From the IMG/VR virus record IMGVR_UViG_3300032365_000024, positions 1-64,000 of that record: a stretch of DNA of 64,000 nucleotides. One strand, given 5' to 3'. The notes below the pieces were generated by a model that saw nothing but the letters and a program-made list of their open reading frames with translations, ran no database searches and was not told the DNA's origin. A program made the translations under genes and the position numbers. The DNA comes from a virus. Its lineage: Duplodnaviria > Caudoviricetes. Every line of letters starts with the position of its first letter. Positions within the stretch are counted from its first letter, which is position 1. Positions 39,046 through 48,683 of the stretch are shown here, piece after piece.

Positions 39046-41022
39046 TTAATCTAAATTATTCCCAGGGATAATCATTTCTGGCGAAGACCTAACATTTCCT
39101 AGATCCACAGAAAGTTCATTTTTGAGTTCATACTTCTCTACTGGATTCTCGACAGGAATTTGAATAACAGGTAATTTTTTACGAGCTTCAATATTAGCTA
39201 CACGTACTTGTGTCGGAACTTGACGAATCATCTCTTTAGAGTATTTTGAACACCATCCAGGATGTGTCTGCAGGATACATCCAGTACAACTATTACTTGC
39301 TAAAAGATATGGAGCACCTTGCTTACGAAAATATTCAGAACCCTCAACACAACCACGGCCATAATCCTGATAAGCGGTTGGATCAATAAAATAATGTCCT
39401 TGAATGCCATCATCTACTGATGCTTTACGACCAATTTCTGGAACTTGTCGAAGATCATTCAATGAATAACGTTGCAATAATGCTGCTTTAAGTTTGTATC
39501 CAAACAAACCTTTATTCATTAAATGAGAAAGAGTACGACGGATTTCTTCAGGATCCATCGTAGCTTTCTCAAATTCTCGACCAGGTTCTCCATAATGAGG
39601 TTTAATAACTGCGCCGGCATAAACTGATTCCTCTTTCGTAACTGGACGGAAAAGATTTACTTGAGCAGTAAGACGTGTCCAATCTGCATTATCCTTAACA
39701 TTTTTAATAACCATTTGAGCTGCAGTTCGTTCTATATATCCACTTCCAACTGAACGAATAAGTGATCGCACAAAAGTACGTTTGTTAGCAGCAGGTCTAA
39801 ACTGAACAATAGTAGAAATTCGTGATATTTCTGCGCATGCTCCATCAGGAAGATTTTTGCAGTGTAAACATGAAGATGATCGACGAACTATAAAATCAGG
39901 AACAACACCAATTCCATCATTACGCGAAGTTATGAAATTATCATTGCGACTCTTAATTAGACTAAGTGTTTGACGACAACCACCAAGTGCATCCATATCA
40001 AGATATGTATGACCAAGCAAACCATATTCAGATGCAAGAGATGAAAGCTTCGCATCATTAGAACTAACTAGAATAGCTACATCATTATTACCTAACATCA
40101 TACGCCGTGCATATTTCATATATTCAGGTGATGGCATCGACTCAATTTCAAATGCCGCTTGCCTACGAGCCCAGAATGCAACCATATCTGCATTCGTAAC
40201 TTTAGGTTGAATTACCAGCTGCTGCGTTTGAATACGTTGAATACCATCCGGATGTGAAACAACCGGTGATCTCAAAAAGGCAGAACGAAGTCTTTCTTTC
40301 CATTCTCTTTCCGAAAGAGGTAATTGATGCTCGCCTATTCCAGAAATATCAACTGGACGTTTTTCAGATGATAAAATATCAGCATAGTGTTCCACGAGTT
40401 TTGCGTATGGAATTTCATCAACAAGTTGTTTACTATCTAATGAAGAACAAAAACCACCCTTATTACATACACAATCTACACATTGATCCTTCGCCAAAAC
40501 AAATAATGCACGTTTACCATATGTACGGGCATATTTTTGTTCATTTATATTAGTTGCACAATGCGGAAAATGTTCCGAGTTAATATAAGCATTTCCGAGT
40601 AAGCCTCTCTCGTACAAAACTTCATTTATAGCAGATGTAGCACAATGAATATCACCAGGAGAATATTCAAGTGCTAAACGTTTACGAATCTCTTCTACAG
40701 GGAGACCCGCCATTACCATTCGCGCTGTTCTATTACGAATAGGAACAGACATGTCAATAGGTGATACTTGTGTATCTATTGGATTTCGATTAACAATTGT
40801 ATGTGGTTTAAGTGGGATAATTCCAGGCACACCATCGTCATCCCGAGCGAGCGCCTTCTGAAGATCAGGAATAATATCTAAATTTTGCTTAGGAAGTGTC
40901 TCAGCACGTCGATACTCCTCCTCATTAACCATGAGCCAGGATAAATCTGACACTCCTTGATTATGTAAAATACTCGTTATATCCCCAAGATTATTACTGA
41001 GATTCATGCTCTTATCAGACAT
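39046..41022 (-). CDS. Large putative virion protein with three Cys-rich repeats (658 aa; start moved to ATG 41022)
   Basis: GGAGGT SD before MSDKSMN; three G[LI][LQ]Gxx[YF][IL][ND]..C..CxxC..C units. Confidence 0.6.
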   Translation of the reverse strand: MSDKSMNLSNNLGDITSILHNQGVSDLSWLMVNEEEYRRAETLPKQNLDIIPDLQKALARDDDGVPGIIPLKPHTIVNRNPIDTQVSPIDMSVPIRNRTARMVMAGLPVEEIRKRLALEYSPGDIHCATSAINEVLYERGLLGNAYINSEHFPHCATNINEQKYARTYGKRALFVLAKDQCVDCVCNKGGFCSSLDSKQLVDEIPYAKLVEHYADILSSEKRPVDISGIGEHQLPLSEREWKERLRSAFLRSPVVSHPDGIQRIQTQQLVIQPKVTNADMVAFWARRQAAFEIESMPSPEYMKYARRMMLGNNDVAILVSSNDAKLSSLASEYGLLGHTYLDMDALGGCRQTLSLIKSRNDNFITSRNDGIGVVPDFIVRRSSSCLHCKNLPDGACAEISRISTIVQFRPAANKRTFVRSLIRSVGSGYIERTAAQMVIKNVKDNADWTRLTAQVNLFRPVTKEESVYAGAVIKPHYGEPGREFEKATMDPEEIRRTLSHLMNKGLFGYKLKAALLQRYSLNDLRQVPEIGRKASVDDGIQGHYFIDPTAYQDYGRGCVEGSEYFRKQGAPYLLASNSCTGCILQTHPGWCSKYSKEMIRQVPTQVRVANIEARKKLPVIQIPVENPVEKYELKNELSVDLGNVRSSPEMIIPGNNLD

Positions 41023-42091
41023 GGTACCTCCGAGCTGCCTTTTCATAAAAACATGCAGCCAAGGAGACTTTCGCCGCACAGGTTCTAAGTGTTCGAACTA
41101 TATCAGGATTATGCCTATATAAAACTGCAAGGTCTATAATTTTATCAACAACAGAATCAAGATTCGTAGATTCAATTGAAGCTTTTTTCATAACTGGAAA
41201 TTCATCAAGTACATCCTTAACATAAATAGAATGTCTCAGTTTTAAGCATCGAATCATATCTGATGCTAAAAATTGAGGATGGCCAAGAGTCTGGAGATAG
41301 GCAAGAACATGTCTACGCGTCAAGTCTTTCTTACCAAATTTCTTTAAAAATCCCGTTGTCAACTCATCAACGAGTTTTATATTTGTGGCCAGTCTAGTCA
41401 TGCTTATTCCTCCGGAAGCCATAACACGGCCACCGTCATCATTTTCACTGCTAGGAAAATCTGCATTTTCCGATAATTCTGTTGCAGGAAATCCATACGG
41501 TCCAGTAACATCTTCAAGAACATGTCCAGACCATGCATTACCAAGAGCACCTAATTCATTCTCCATATTAATATTATTTTTTGTGACTCCTGGCAGTGAT
41601 TTTTTATCATTTGAAGCCCAAGCACCAGAATCCTCGTCAGCCCAAACATCACTAATATCAATACCAATATTCATATGATCATAATAATCAGAACGAGAAG
41701 AAGGATTATCTGCGTCATTCGGTAACTTTGAATCAGCAACTGTCTGAATTGTATCATCTTGAAGACGACGACTAGGCGATGGTCTATCAAAATCACCCGG
41801 AAGTCCCGCTGAAGCAGTTTCATCGTCTAAATCATATTCATATTCATGTTCATTATCATGAATACATGAAGAAAATGTCTGAGGATAACTTAACAGTCTA
41901 TCAGGACCAAATGGATCTTCTGGACCACCACCATCAGGTAATGATGGTCCATTCGGTAATGCCTCAGATTTTAAGTCTTCATCATCCTCACCGTGATACC
42001 ATTTTGATACTGGAACATTATACATCCCTATCCCAAAGTCTGAAACAGCTTTATCATCAGCATTTTCAGTAGGAAGAGAAGTAGCAAACAT
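41015..42091 (-). CDS. Acidic putative internal head protein
   Basis: ATG 42091 overlaps the upstream TAA; Asp/Glu/Ser-rich N-half and basic helical C-half. Confidence 0.55.
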   Translation of the reverse strand: MFATSLPTENADDKAVSDFGIGMYNVPVSKWYHGEDDEDLKSEALPNGPSLPDGGGPEDPFGPDRLLSYPQTFSSCIHDNEHEYEYDLDDETASAGLPGDFDRPSPSRRLQDDTIQTVADSKLPNDADNPSSRSDYYDHMNIGIDISDVWADEDSGAWASNDKKSLPGVTKNNINMENELGALGNAWSGHVLEDVTGPYGFPATELSENADFPSSENDDGGRVMASGGISMTRLATNIKLVDELTTGFLKKFGKKDLTRRHVLAYLQTLGHPQFLASDMIRCLKLRHSIYVKDVLDEFPVMKKASIESTNLDSVVDKIIDLAVLYRHNPDIVRTLRTCAAKVSLAACFYEKAARRYHV

Positions 42092-43512
42092 TAAAAATTG
42101 ACTCCCCACAAAAATGATGTATTGTATCGATCAGAATCTAATGGACCCTCAGGAGGATCAGGATCACTATGATCACGCATCCATTCAATATCTTCATTAG
42201 TTAAACCACGATCATAATAATTTAAATTTTTTTCATTACGGCTACCGGGCAACCATGAATAATTTTGACGAGCAACACGTGTTCCTATATTTAACACACT
42301 ATTATCACCATCAGTTGGATCCATATATGGACTAACCCCATCTTGAACTTCACTTTCAAGAAGCGAATCAGATTCATTTACTCCAGAAGAAAGACCCAAT
42401 CCAACTAAATCATCAGACGACCATTCATTACCATCATTTGGATCACCTTCACCAGGACCAATATGATCAATACGCGGCCCTGGAAGAGTCTCAGTAGGAA
42501 TTGATGATGAAGAAAGACGAAAATCACAATTTGGACAAGATGGAACAATAATGTCATTTTCCATAGCATTATGACAATGACATTGCGCAACTATTGACGA
42601 ACAACCATCACATACGATTCGATAACATCCATGTGAAGATGTTCTAATATCATTATTCTTACCAGTTAAACGTTGTATTGCTCGATGAAAAGCTGTAGCA
42701 TATGATCCATGATCAGGTGAAACTGTATGCATAACAATTTCAGATTCTGTTTTTCCTAATGGTTGTTCACTTGCATCCGTTGGAAGCATCGATCCTGGTT
42801 CGTCTTTTTTAACTTTCCTTTTTGCTCCATAATCTGGACGATCCTGAATCGGGTTTTGCAATGTGTTGGTTAATTCAGTGGATGCAGTCTGTGTCTGACT
42901 AGAATTATCTTCATCCTCTTCCGATTCTTCATATTCAGATCCAGATCCTTTAAAATTCGGATTAAAATCGTCTGGATCTGGATTTTCTACCGGAACATCA
43001 TATTCACTAGTATCCTCAGGGGCAACATCAGCATATGCCTGTTCGACAACTTGTTCAGGATTAGCTTTTACCTGTTCGGCATCCTGAATAAGATCACCAG
43101 TCACTTGATTCTTAGGAATTTCCTTCCAATGATTAGCATTTAATTCATCTTGAACTGTATCAGAAAATGAACTGAGAACTTCAGCTACTTGTGAAAGTCC
43201 AGTCCGCATATCCTTCACGGCTTGAATATATCCACGTCCACCAAGAAGACCATCAGGACTAAAACTTGATGAATTCATCTTAGAAAAAACACGATATGCA
43301 GCCATAGCGTAACTGTGAGCACGTTGCGAAGCCCATAATACTTTTGCTAGATTTCGCATTGAATCTTGAGACCATTCAAATCCCGGCGCACGAATATCAC
43401 GCCGTAATGGTCCTTGATCGCGGATAAACTCAATTTTCCCACCAGTACGTATATTGTGGGAATAAGTCTGTGATATCCTACATGCTATTTCATATATAAG
43501 ATTTTCTTTCAT
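42091..43512 (-). CDS. Acidic putative internal head protein with small Cys cluster (473 aa)
   Basis: GGAG SD and ATGA overlap at 43509-43512; CDGC..CHC..CPNC cluster. Confidence 0.55.
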   Translation of the reverse strand: MKENLIYEIACRISQTYSHNIRTGGKIEFIRDQGPLRRDIRAPGFEWSQDSMRNLAKVLWASQRAHSYAMAAYRVFSKMNSSSFSPDGLLGGRGYIQAVKDMRTGLSQVAEVLSSFSDTVQDELNANHWKEIPKNQVTGDLIQDAEQVKANPEQVVEQAYADVAPEDTSEYDVPVENPDPDDFNPNFKGSGSEYEESEEDEDNSSQTQTASTELTNTLQNPIQDRPDYGAKRKVKKDEPGSMLPTDASEQPLGKTESEIVMHTVSPDHGSYATAFHRAIQRLTGKNNDIRTSSHGCYRIVCDGCSSIVAQCHCHNAMENDIIVPSCPNCDFRLSSSSIPTETLPGPRIDHIGPGEGDPNDGNEWSSDDLVGLGLSSGVNESDSLLESEVQDGVSPYMDPTDGDNSVLNIGTRVARQNYSWLPGSRNEKNLNYYDRGLTNEDIEWMRDHSDPDPPEGPLDSDRYNTSFLWGVNF

Positions 43513-44324
43513 GCTACTTTTTTCTCCAACGCATGAACACATACACCATGTCTCATTTTACTATAATTACAATTTGCACATAACAATTGAAAACATGCAT
43601 AATCAATTTTTTTATTTAAAATTTTCCTACATAAAATAGCACCAGTCCTGTGTAACTTACGATGTACATTTCCATCATTATAAATATGATCAATATTTAA
43701 CTTAAATTGATCATCAATACCACAACACTTACAACGTCCACCTAATAATTCATAACATTTTTGTGTAATTAATATATCACTGTTCCTAACACATACATGA
43801 CAAGAAGAATCAATACAGCGCTTTCCATAATGAGAGTTAGTACTAAATTCTGATATATCTTTATTTATTTTACATATACTACATATTTTAGATTTCCCAA
43901 CAAGAATCCTATTTTTTAATAATTGTATTGGATTTAATCTATATTTTGCTTCATTACAATTTCGACATAAAATTTGATATCTTGAACGGTCAACAATACC
44001 GCGTAAAATATCTTGTTTCCATGTAATTGAACTTCTAGATCGTTCTCGTTTTCTGTCATCAAAAATATGATCAACAACTAAAAAATCACGTTCCGATTCT
44101 CCGCATTGAACACAAAAATAACCTAACAAATCAAAAATATTATCTCTAAGCTTATCATTTTTTTCATTATTATTGATATTTATTTTTGATTTATTATTTA
44201 TATAATATACCGCACCAATAGATTTCTTACATAATTTACATTGTGTAGCGCGAATATGAAATTCACACATGGGTTTATACCGCTTACACGATGTACAACA
44301 TCGAACTGATCTTTCCTGATCCAT
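43509..44324 (-). CDS. Free-standing HNH endonuclease with an internally duplicated unit
   Basis: Two units of CxxCK..K..EF..CxxC plus CxxCG..[VI]DHI..D..Q[IL]LCxNCN. Confidence 0.75.
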   Translation of the reverse strand: MDQERSVRCCTSCKRYKPMCEFHIRATQCKLCKKSIGAVYYINNKSKININNNEKNDKLRDNIFDLLGYFCVQCGESERDFLVVDHIFDDRKRERSRSSITWKQDILRGIVDRSRYQILCRNCNEAKYRLNPIQLLKNRILVGKSKICSICKINKDISEFSTNSHYGKRCIDSSCHVCVRNSDILITQKCYELLGGRCKCCGIDDQFKLNIDHIYNDGNVHRKLHRTGAILCRKILNKKIDYACFQLLCANCNYSKMRHGVCVHALEKKVA

Positions 44325-44325
44325 A

Positions 44326-44592
44326 TTAATCTTTTACCGGCCCCTCAGAATCATCAACTAATCGTTCAATGAAATATCCTTCATTATCTTTTCCAATATG
44401 CCAAAAATCCTGCTGCGAGAGATGAACTAAAGTATCAGCAGAAGTACGGAAGAAACCTGTCAAATCACGTAATGACGCGATCCGAATCTTTCCGGTAACT
44501 GCCATAGCCGCTGTACGCAGTGATTTTGGAGAAGAGAAGAAGTCGTCAATAGAACTCGAGGAACATCGAAAGTCTTCAATTTTTAAAGACAT
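44326..44592 (-). CDS. Small putative head protein (88 aa; start moved to ATG 44592)
   Basis: GAGG SD; contains LRTA-A and IRIA-S motifs. Confidence 0.5.
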   Translation of the reverse strand: MSLKIEDFRCSSSSIDDFFSSPKSLRTAAMAVTGKIRIASLRDLTGFFRTSADTLVHLSQQDFWHIGKDNEGYFIERLVDDSEGPVKD

Positions 44593-44685
44593 GCTAAAAC
44601 CTCTAGAGAAACATGTCAATGAACAGTTTATGGTGCTATTAATATCTTGGTTATATTATTTATTTAATATACGTCATATAAAAGA

Positions 44686-45591
44686 TCATGGAACTATAGC
44701 GATGGATACGGGAATATCTATTGGCGTATTAGTTGCGTTTACAGAATTAATACGAATAGTATCCGAGTATACTCCTGGTAAAGAAGGAATACATGATGAA
44801 TTCACTGAAAATACAACATGTACATCAGTACCTGATGTAAGAGGACCACCACTAGTTGGTACTATATTTAGCCATGCACTTTGATTCAATACACGAGTCA
44901 AATTGAAATTCAATATCGATCCAGATGGACCAGTATTAGTAACAACAATTTCTTGTGGACCACCAGGAGAATGTGTTGACATATAATAAATAAGATCAAT
45001 ATGATCTATACTCAATCCAACTGTAGGTCTAGGTAGTACAGTAACATTAAATGTAGCTGGTACGATATTCGGCGGATTTGCATTATCTTGTATATTAATA
45101 TGACCTGTATACGGAGAAGAAGAAGCTAACATAGATGCTGGTATAATTTGAATATCAGTTTGTCCTTGTTGATTTTTTCCTATACCAATAACGTTCGGTG
45201 GATTTGATGACAACCATGGAACATCTGGAATTGAATATTCATTCATATATGAACCTAATGCACCTATATTTTGGAATATTATAGTTGTAGCATCTACAAT
45301 TGGATCTCCTTCTGTAACTGTAAATGCAAATGATGCTGGTGATATAAGCAAAACACGTGGTGCCAACTGCTGTTGGAAATCACTCAATGAATCAGCCATC
45401 GCCAAAATAACATCACCAGGCAAAGGAATATTTGCCCGGACAAATGAACCAAACGGCGATTGAATATCCTTAACTTGAGTTCTCTGTCCAGCATTCGGTA
45501 TGTTATCAATAGCTACAAGCCAAGACCACATACCACCAATTGATTGGATGCTGAACTTAAATCCGCCACCAGCAACAATATTTGTAGTCAT
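44686..45591 (-). CDS. Ig-like/BACON-like beta-sandwich virion protein
   Basis: Two repeats of P..F.F....G..P....I...N.G..GS.L...PWL..G..Y...I.I..V.[VI]. Confidence 0.6.
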   Translation of the reverse strand: MTTNIVAGGGFKFSIQSIGGMWSWLVAIDNIPNAGQRTQVKDIQSPFGSFVRANIPLPGDVILAMADSLSDFQQQLAPRVLLISPASFAFTVTEGDPIVDATTIIFQNIGALGSYMNEYSIPDVPWLSSNPPNVIGIGKNQQGQTDIQIIPASMLASSSPYTGHINIQDNANPPNIVPATFNVTVLPRPTVGLSIDHIDLIYYMSTHSPGGPQEIVVTNTGPSGSILNFNLTRVLNQSAWLNIVPTSGGPLTSGTDVHVVFSVNSSCIPSLPGVYSDTIRINSVNATNTPIDIPVSIAIVP

Positions 45592-45624
45592 TTGTTCTAG
45601 AAAAAAGAAAAGAAGCCCAGAATG

Positions 45625-45981
45625 TTAATAATCTAATCTCAATATATTATTATCACTATCCGTATAATAAACAGTTCTAACTCCCTTAGACTTCAATATA
45701 CATTCACACATATAACATGGTTTGGCCATACCGAACATACCATTACTGCGAATACGCGCTACAAAAACAACAGCACCTTTATCGAGTTTACGAGATAATC
45801 GAACTTCAGCATGTGCCGAAGAACAAGGAATAATCGAAGGACCATTACAAGCCCGAACAACCGTCCCATCATTTCGCACAGCAACAGCACCAATACGAAA
45901 AGTTCTACGGTCCTTCTTACTCTCTGCCGTAAATGCCGCCAATTTTATGTAACTATCGATATTCATTGCTATAATATACAA
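45625..45981 (-). CDS. Zn-dependent cytidine/dCMP deaminase-fold protein
   Basis: HAE and PCxxC motifs (SAHAEVRL..AKPCYMC), preceded by IGAV. Confidence 0.8.
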   Translation of the reverse strand: MYIIAMNIDSYIKLAAFTAESKKDRRTFRIGAVAVRNDGTVVRACNGPSIIPCSSAHAEVRLSRKLDKGAVVFVARIRSNGMFGMAKPCYMCECILKSKGVRTVYYTDSDNNILRLDY

Positions 45982-46007
45982 ATAAATAAAAATAATTTAC
46001 GTTTTAT

Positions 46008-46829
46008 CTAGTATCTGGCCGATCTTTCACCGGATTGCGGAAAATTATATCGACCATTTAAACCATGCATCTTTCGAGCTTCAGCATCGTAAGCCCGAGC
46101 AGCATCCTCAAGCGTATTTAATGGAATTGAATACCAAACTCTTCCATTACCATGAACAACTGCTCTAAATTTTCCATTTGGTAACAATATGACACCTTTA
46201 TACGGAATTCTACCAAACTTCTTCTTAGTATTCATTCTATTTTGAGATTTGGTTACAATTCGTAAATTATTTTTTCGACAATTCAAACCATCTTGATCAA
46301 TATGATCAACCAATTCACCATGATTAGAATTAATTATAAACTGATGCAATTTAATAGACCCGCGCTCACCATTTTTTCTTAAATAAGTTTTGGCGTATAA
46401 GGTAGATTTTCCTTGCACCACACACCAAGAGTGCTGAGAAACCCTTTCAAAATCTTCTTCATCTATAAGAGCAAACTTTCCTTTAGTCAGTGGAACCCAC
46501 CGAGCTCCAGTTATTGGTGTAGGTTCCTCATATTTTCTATGAGACTGAATTTCACATTCTTTAGAACAAAATTTTGTTTTTACTTTCTCAGGAGAAAAAA
46601 GTTTTCCACACCCTTCACATGATTTTTCTGGTAAACGCATAGAAGCATGTACACATTTTAATGAACAACACTGTCGTGATAAATATCCATCAAATTCAAT
46701 TCCGCATACTACACATATCTTTTTAGTTATTGTTTTAGTATATGCAATATGACATTTATGTGAACAATATTTATTTGGGCGTTCTTCTCTTCCTTCAAAT
46801 TCTTTATTACAAAATAAACAAATATTCAT
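46008..46829 (-). CDS. HNH-AP2 endonuclease with N-terminal Cys repeats
   Basis: CxxC..YCSxxC-type repeats; LTKGKFALIDEED; DHIDQDGLNCRKNNL; YKGV..AARAYDAEA AP2 domain. Confidence 0.85.
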   Translation of the reverse strand: MNICLFCNKEFEGREERPNKYCSHKCHIAYTKTITKKICVVCGIEFDGYLSRQCCSLKCVHASMRLPEKSCEGCGKLFSPEKVKTKFCSKECEIQSHRKYEEPTPITGARWVPLTKGKFALIDEEDFERVSQHSWCVVQGKSTLYAKTYLRKNGERGSIKLHQFIINSNHGELVDHIDQDGLNCRKNNLRIVTKSQNRMNTKKKFGRIPYKGVILLPNGKFRAVVHGNGRVWYSIPLNTLEDAARAYDAEARKMHGLNGRYNFPQSGERSARY

Positions 46830-47575
46830 TTTCGAATTTCTCCTGTAATAGCTGACCGTTCACCAATTTCAGGAAAATTATATGTAGAACTAGGATCTTT
46901 ATATTTTCTTACAAAATTATCATATATATAGGCTGCATCTTCAGCATTATCATATGTGCCTAAACATCGTTCTACTTTATTTTTACAAAGACGGACTACC
47001 CATTTACCACTATTAGTTGCATGAACTCCCTTGAATCCAGATGATTTATTAACAACCACAAGTCTATTACTTTGATTACTAGATCTACTAGTTGGAATTA
47101 AATTTTGTCGACGACAGTTTAAACCATTCCCATCCAAATGGTCAACTTCTTCAAAAACAAGAGGATCAATCAAATATCTATGTAAATAAACTGGAATATC
47201 CGTACGTTTAGCATAATATACCTCCCCACGAGAATTTGCACGAACTTTTACAGCACACCAATTATATTGTATAACATCAATATAATCTATTTCATCAATA
47301 AGAGCAAATTTTCCTTGAGTAAGTGAAACCCATCTAGCACCCAGTATAACTACAGGTTCAATCATAGAATGTGATTTATTAATTCTAGATTGATTAAAAC
47401 AATCTAAGCAACAATATTTAGACGTTTTTCTGACAGGAGGAAATAAATTACCGCAATTTAAACATCTAATATGTTCACTTTTCATATCTTCAGCTAAACA
47501 TTTTGGTGAACAATAAGATTTTCGATATTTAGGAATCGGATTATTACAATGCTTACAAAGCTGTATAGTAATCAT
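46826..47575 (-). CDS. HNH-AP2 endonuclease, paralog of the downstream gene (249 aa; start moved to ATG 47575)
   Basis: AAGGAGG SD 5-6 nt before ATG 47575; LTQGKFALIDEID; DHLDGNGLNCRRQNL; FKGV..AAYIYD. Confidence 0.85.
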   Translation of the reverse strand: MITIQLCKHCNNPIPKYRKSYCSPKCLAEDMKSEHIRCLNCGNLFPPVRKTSKYCCLDCFNQSRINKSHSMIEPVVILGARWVSLTQGKFALIDEIDYIDVIQYNWCAVKVRANSRGEVYYAKRTDIPVYLHRYLIDPLVFEEVDHLDGNGLNCRRQNLIPTSRSSNQSNRLVVVNKSSGFKGVHATNSGKWVVRLCKNKVERCLGTYDNAEDAAYIYDNFVRKYKDPSSTYNFPEIGERSAITGEIRK

Positions 47576-47604
47576 GACGATCCTCCTTAGATGAGGTGAG
47601 TCCG

Positions 47605-47635
47605 TGTCCCAGGACGTTGACGCGCCGCTGGGACA
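47605..47635 (-). promoter_or_regulatory. GC-rich hairpin at the predicted transcript 5' end
   Basis: tgtcccag / ctgggaca 8-bp stem with inner ggcg/cgtc pairing, starting 7 nt after the -10 box. Confidence 0.7.
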
Positions 47636-47641
47636 AATAAT

Positions 47642-47670
47642 ATTATAACACATTAAATACTGTCCGTCAA
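47642..47670 (-). promoter_or_regulatory. Near-consensus sigma70 promoter with extended -10
   Basis: Minus strand TTGACG-gacagtatttaatgtgt (17 nt)-TATAAT, with TG at -15/-14. Confidence 0.85.
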
Positions 47671-47711
47671 TATTTAATGAATATTGTTGAAATATTTATC
47701 TGATATTAAAA

Positions 47712-48485
47712 TTAAGAAATCGTTAAAATTTGTGCATCACCACGATCCCTAAACTGTGGAAGTGACACTTCATGGAGAATGTTGAAATGTTTATCTGAAA
47801 TTGCAAAAAATACCGTATAATACTTTCCATAAACTGATTCATCAATAGCGGCGTGTAAATTACTTTCAGCAATCTCTATTTCTTCTGAACTTCGCTCTTG
47901 TTTACGTAGTATATTAACTGCAGCTTGAAATTCTCGTACTTCTGATGTAATAAGTTTTTTAATTCTACCCAAAGCGCGGAAAAAACGATGTCTAACTCTT
48001 CCTTGCGTTAATCCCATCTGTTTGGCTACTTCTGATTGACACGTAGTTTCATACATACGCCATAAAATTTCTCTATCCTGATTAGTAAACTCAGACGCGA
48101 GCTCTACTTCAAAGATATCAAATTCAAGTTCTGGAATTGTAAATAAAAATTGTATTCTTCGACGACCACGTGCTAATCTGTAGCTTACCGCAGCTTGTGT
48201 AATATTAAAAAGACGAGCTATCTGCTCTTGTTTCATTTCATCGTGATAGTATAATTTAATAAGATCAGATTCGCGTGGTGGTATACGATCTAAATATGGT
48301 TCTATTGCTTCAAAATTTGGTTTAGTAGTTTCAAAATCAGGCTCCTCTTCCGGAGCCAAATTTCTTTCAATAAGTTTTTCAAGATCACTCTCAGCATCAC
48401 CATCACCTTCATATCCAAGTCTATTTGTGCCACTAAAACGAGCGGATATTGAAGATGGATCTTGAACAATAATATGAGATGTCAT
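47712..48485 (-). CDS. Protein with two sigma70 region-4-like HTH domains
   Basis: IPPRESDLIKLYYHDEMKQEQIARLFNITQAAVSYRLARG and FTNQDREILWRMYETTCQSEVAKQMGLTQGRVRHRFFRAL; no recognisable region 2. Confidence 0.7.
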   Translation of the reverse strand: MTSHIIVQDPSSISARFSGTNRLGYEGDGDAESDLEKLIERNLAPEEEPDFETTKPNFEAIEPYLDRIPPRESDLIKLYYHDEMKQEQIARLFNITQAAVSYRLARGRRRIQFLFTIPELEFDIFEVELASEFTNQDREILWRMYETTCQSEVAKQMGLTQGRVRHRFFRALGRIKKLITSEVREFQAAVNILRKQERSSEEIEIAESNLHAAIDESVYGKYYTVFFAISDKHFNILHEVSLPQFRDRGDAQILTIS

Positions 48486-48556
48486 TTTTATTCCCAGTCA
48501 TGAATTTTTCACTCGTATATCGAGTGGGTATATAGTATGCGTATGACTGGAACAAC

Positions 48557-48595
48557 TTAATAACGTTACCAATTATCATTATAATACGTTATTAA
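48557..48595. promoter_or_regulatory. Perfect 10-bp inverted repeat enclosing a TATAAT box (candidate operator)
   Basis: ttaataacgt (48557-48566) N19 acgttattaa (48586-48595); minus-strand TATAAT at 48578-48583. Confidence 0.55.
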
Positions 48596-48683
48596 TATAA
48601 ATAGTTTATTTTAACAAATATTAATTTGATTTTAAAATAGACATAACTGAGTCTTTCTTTGATAATTATATTCTTCGACACAT

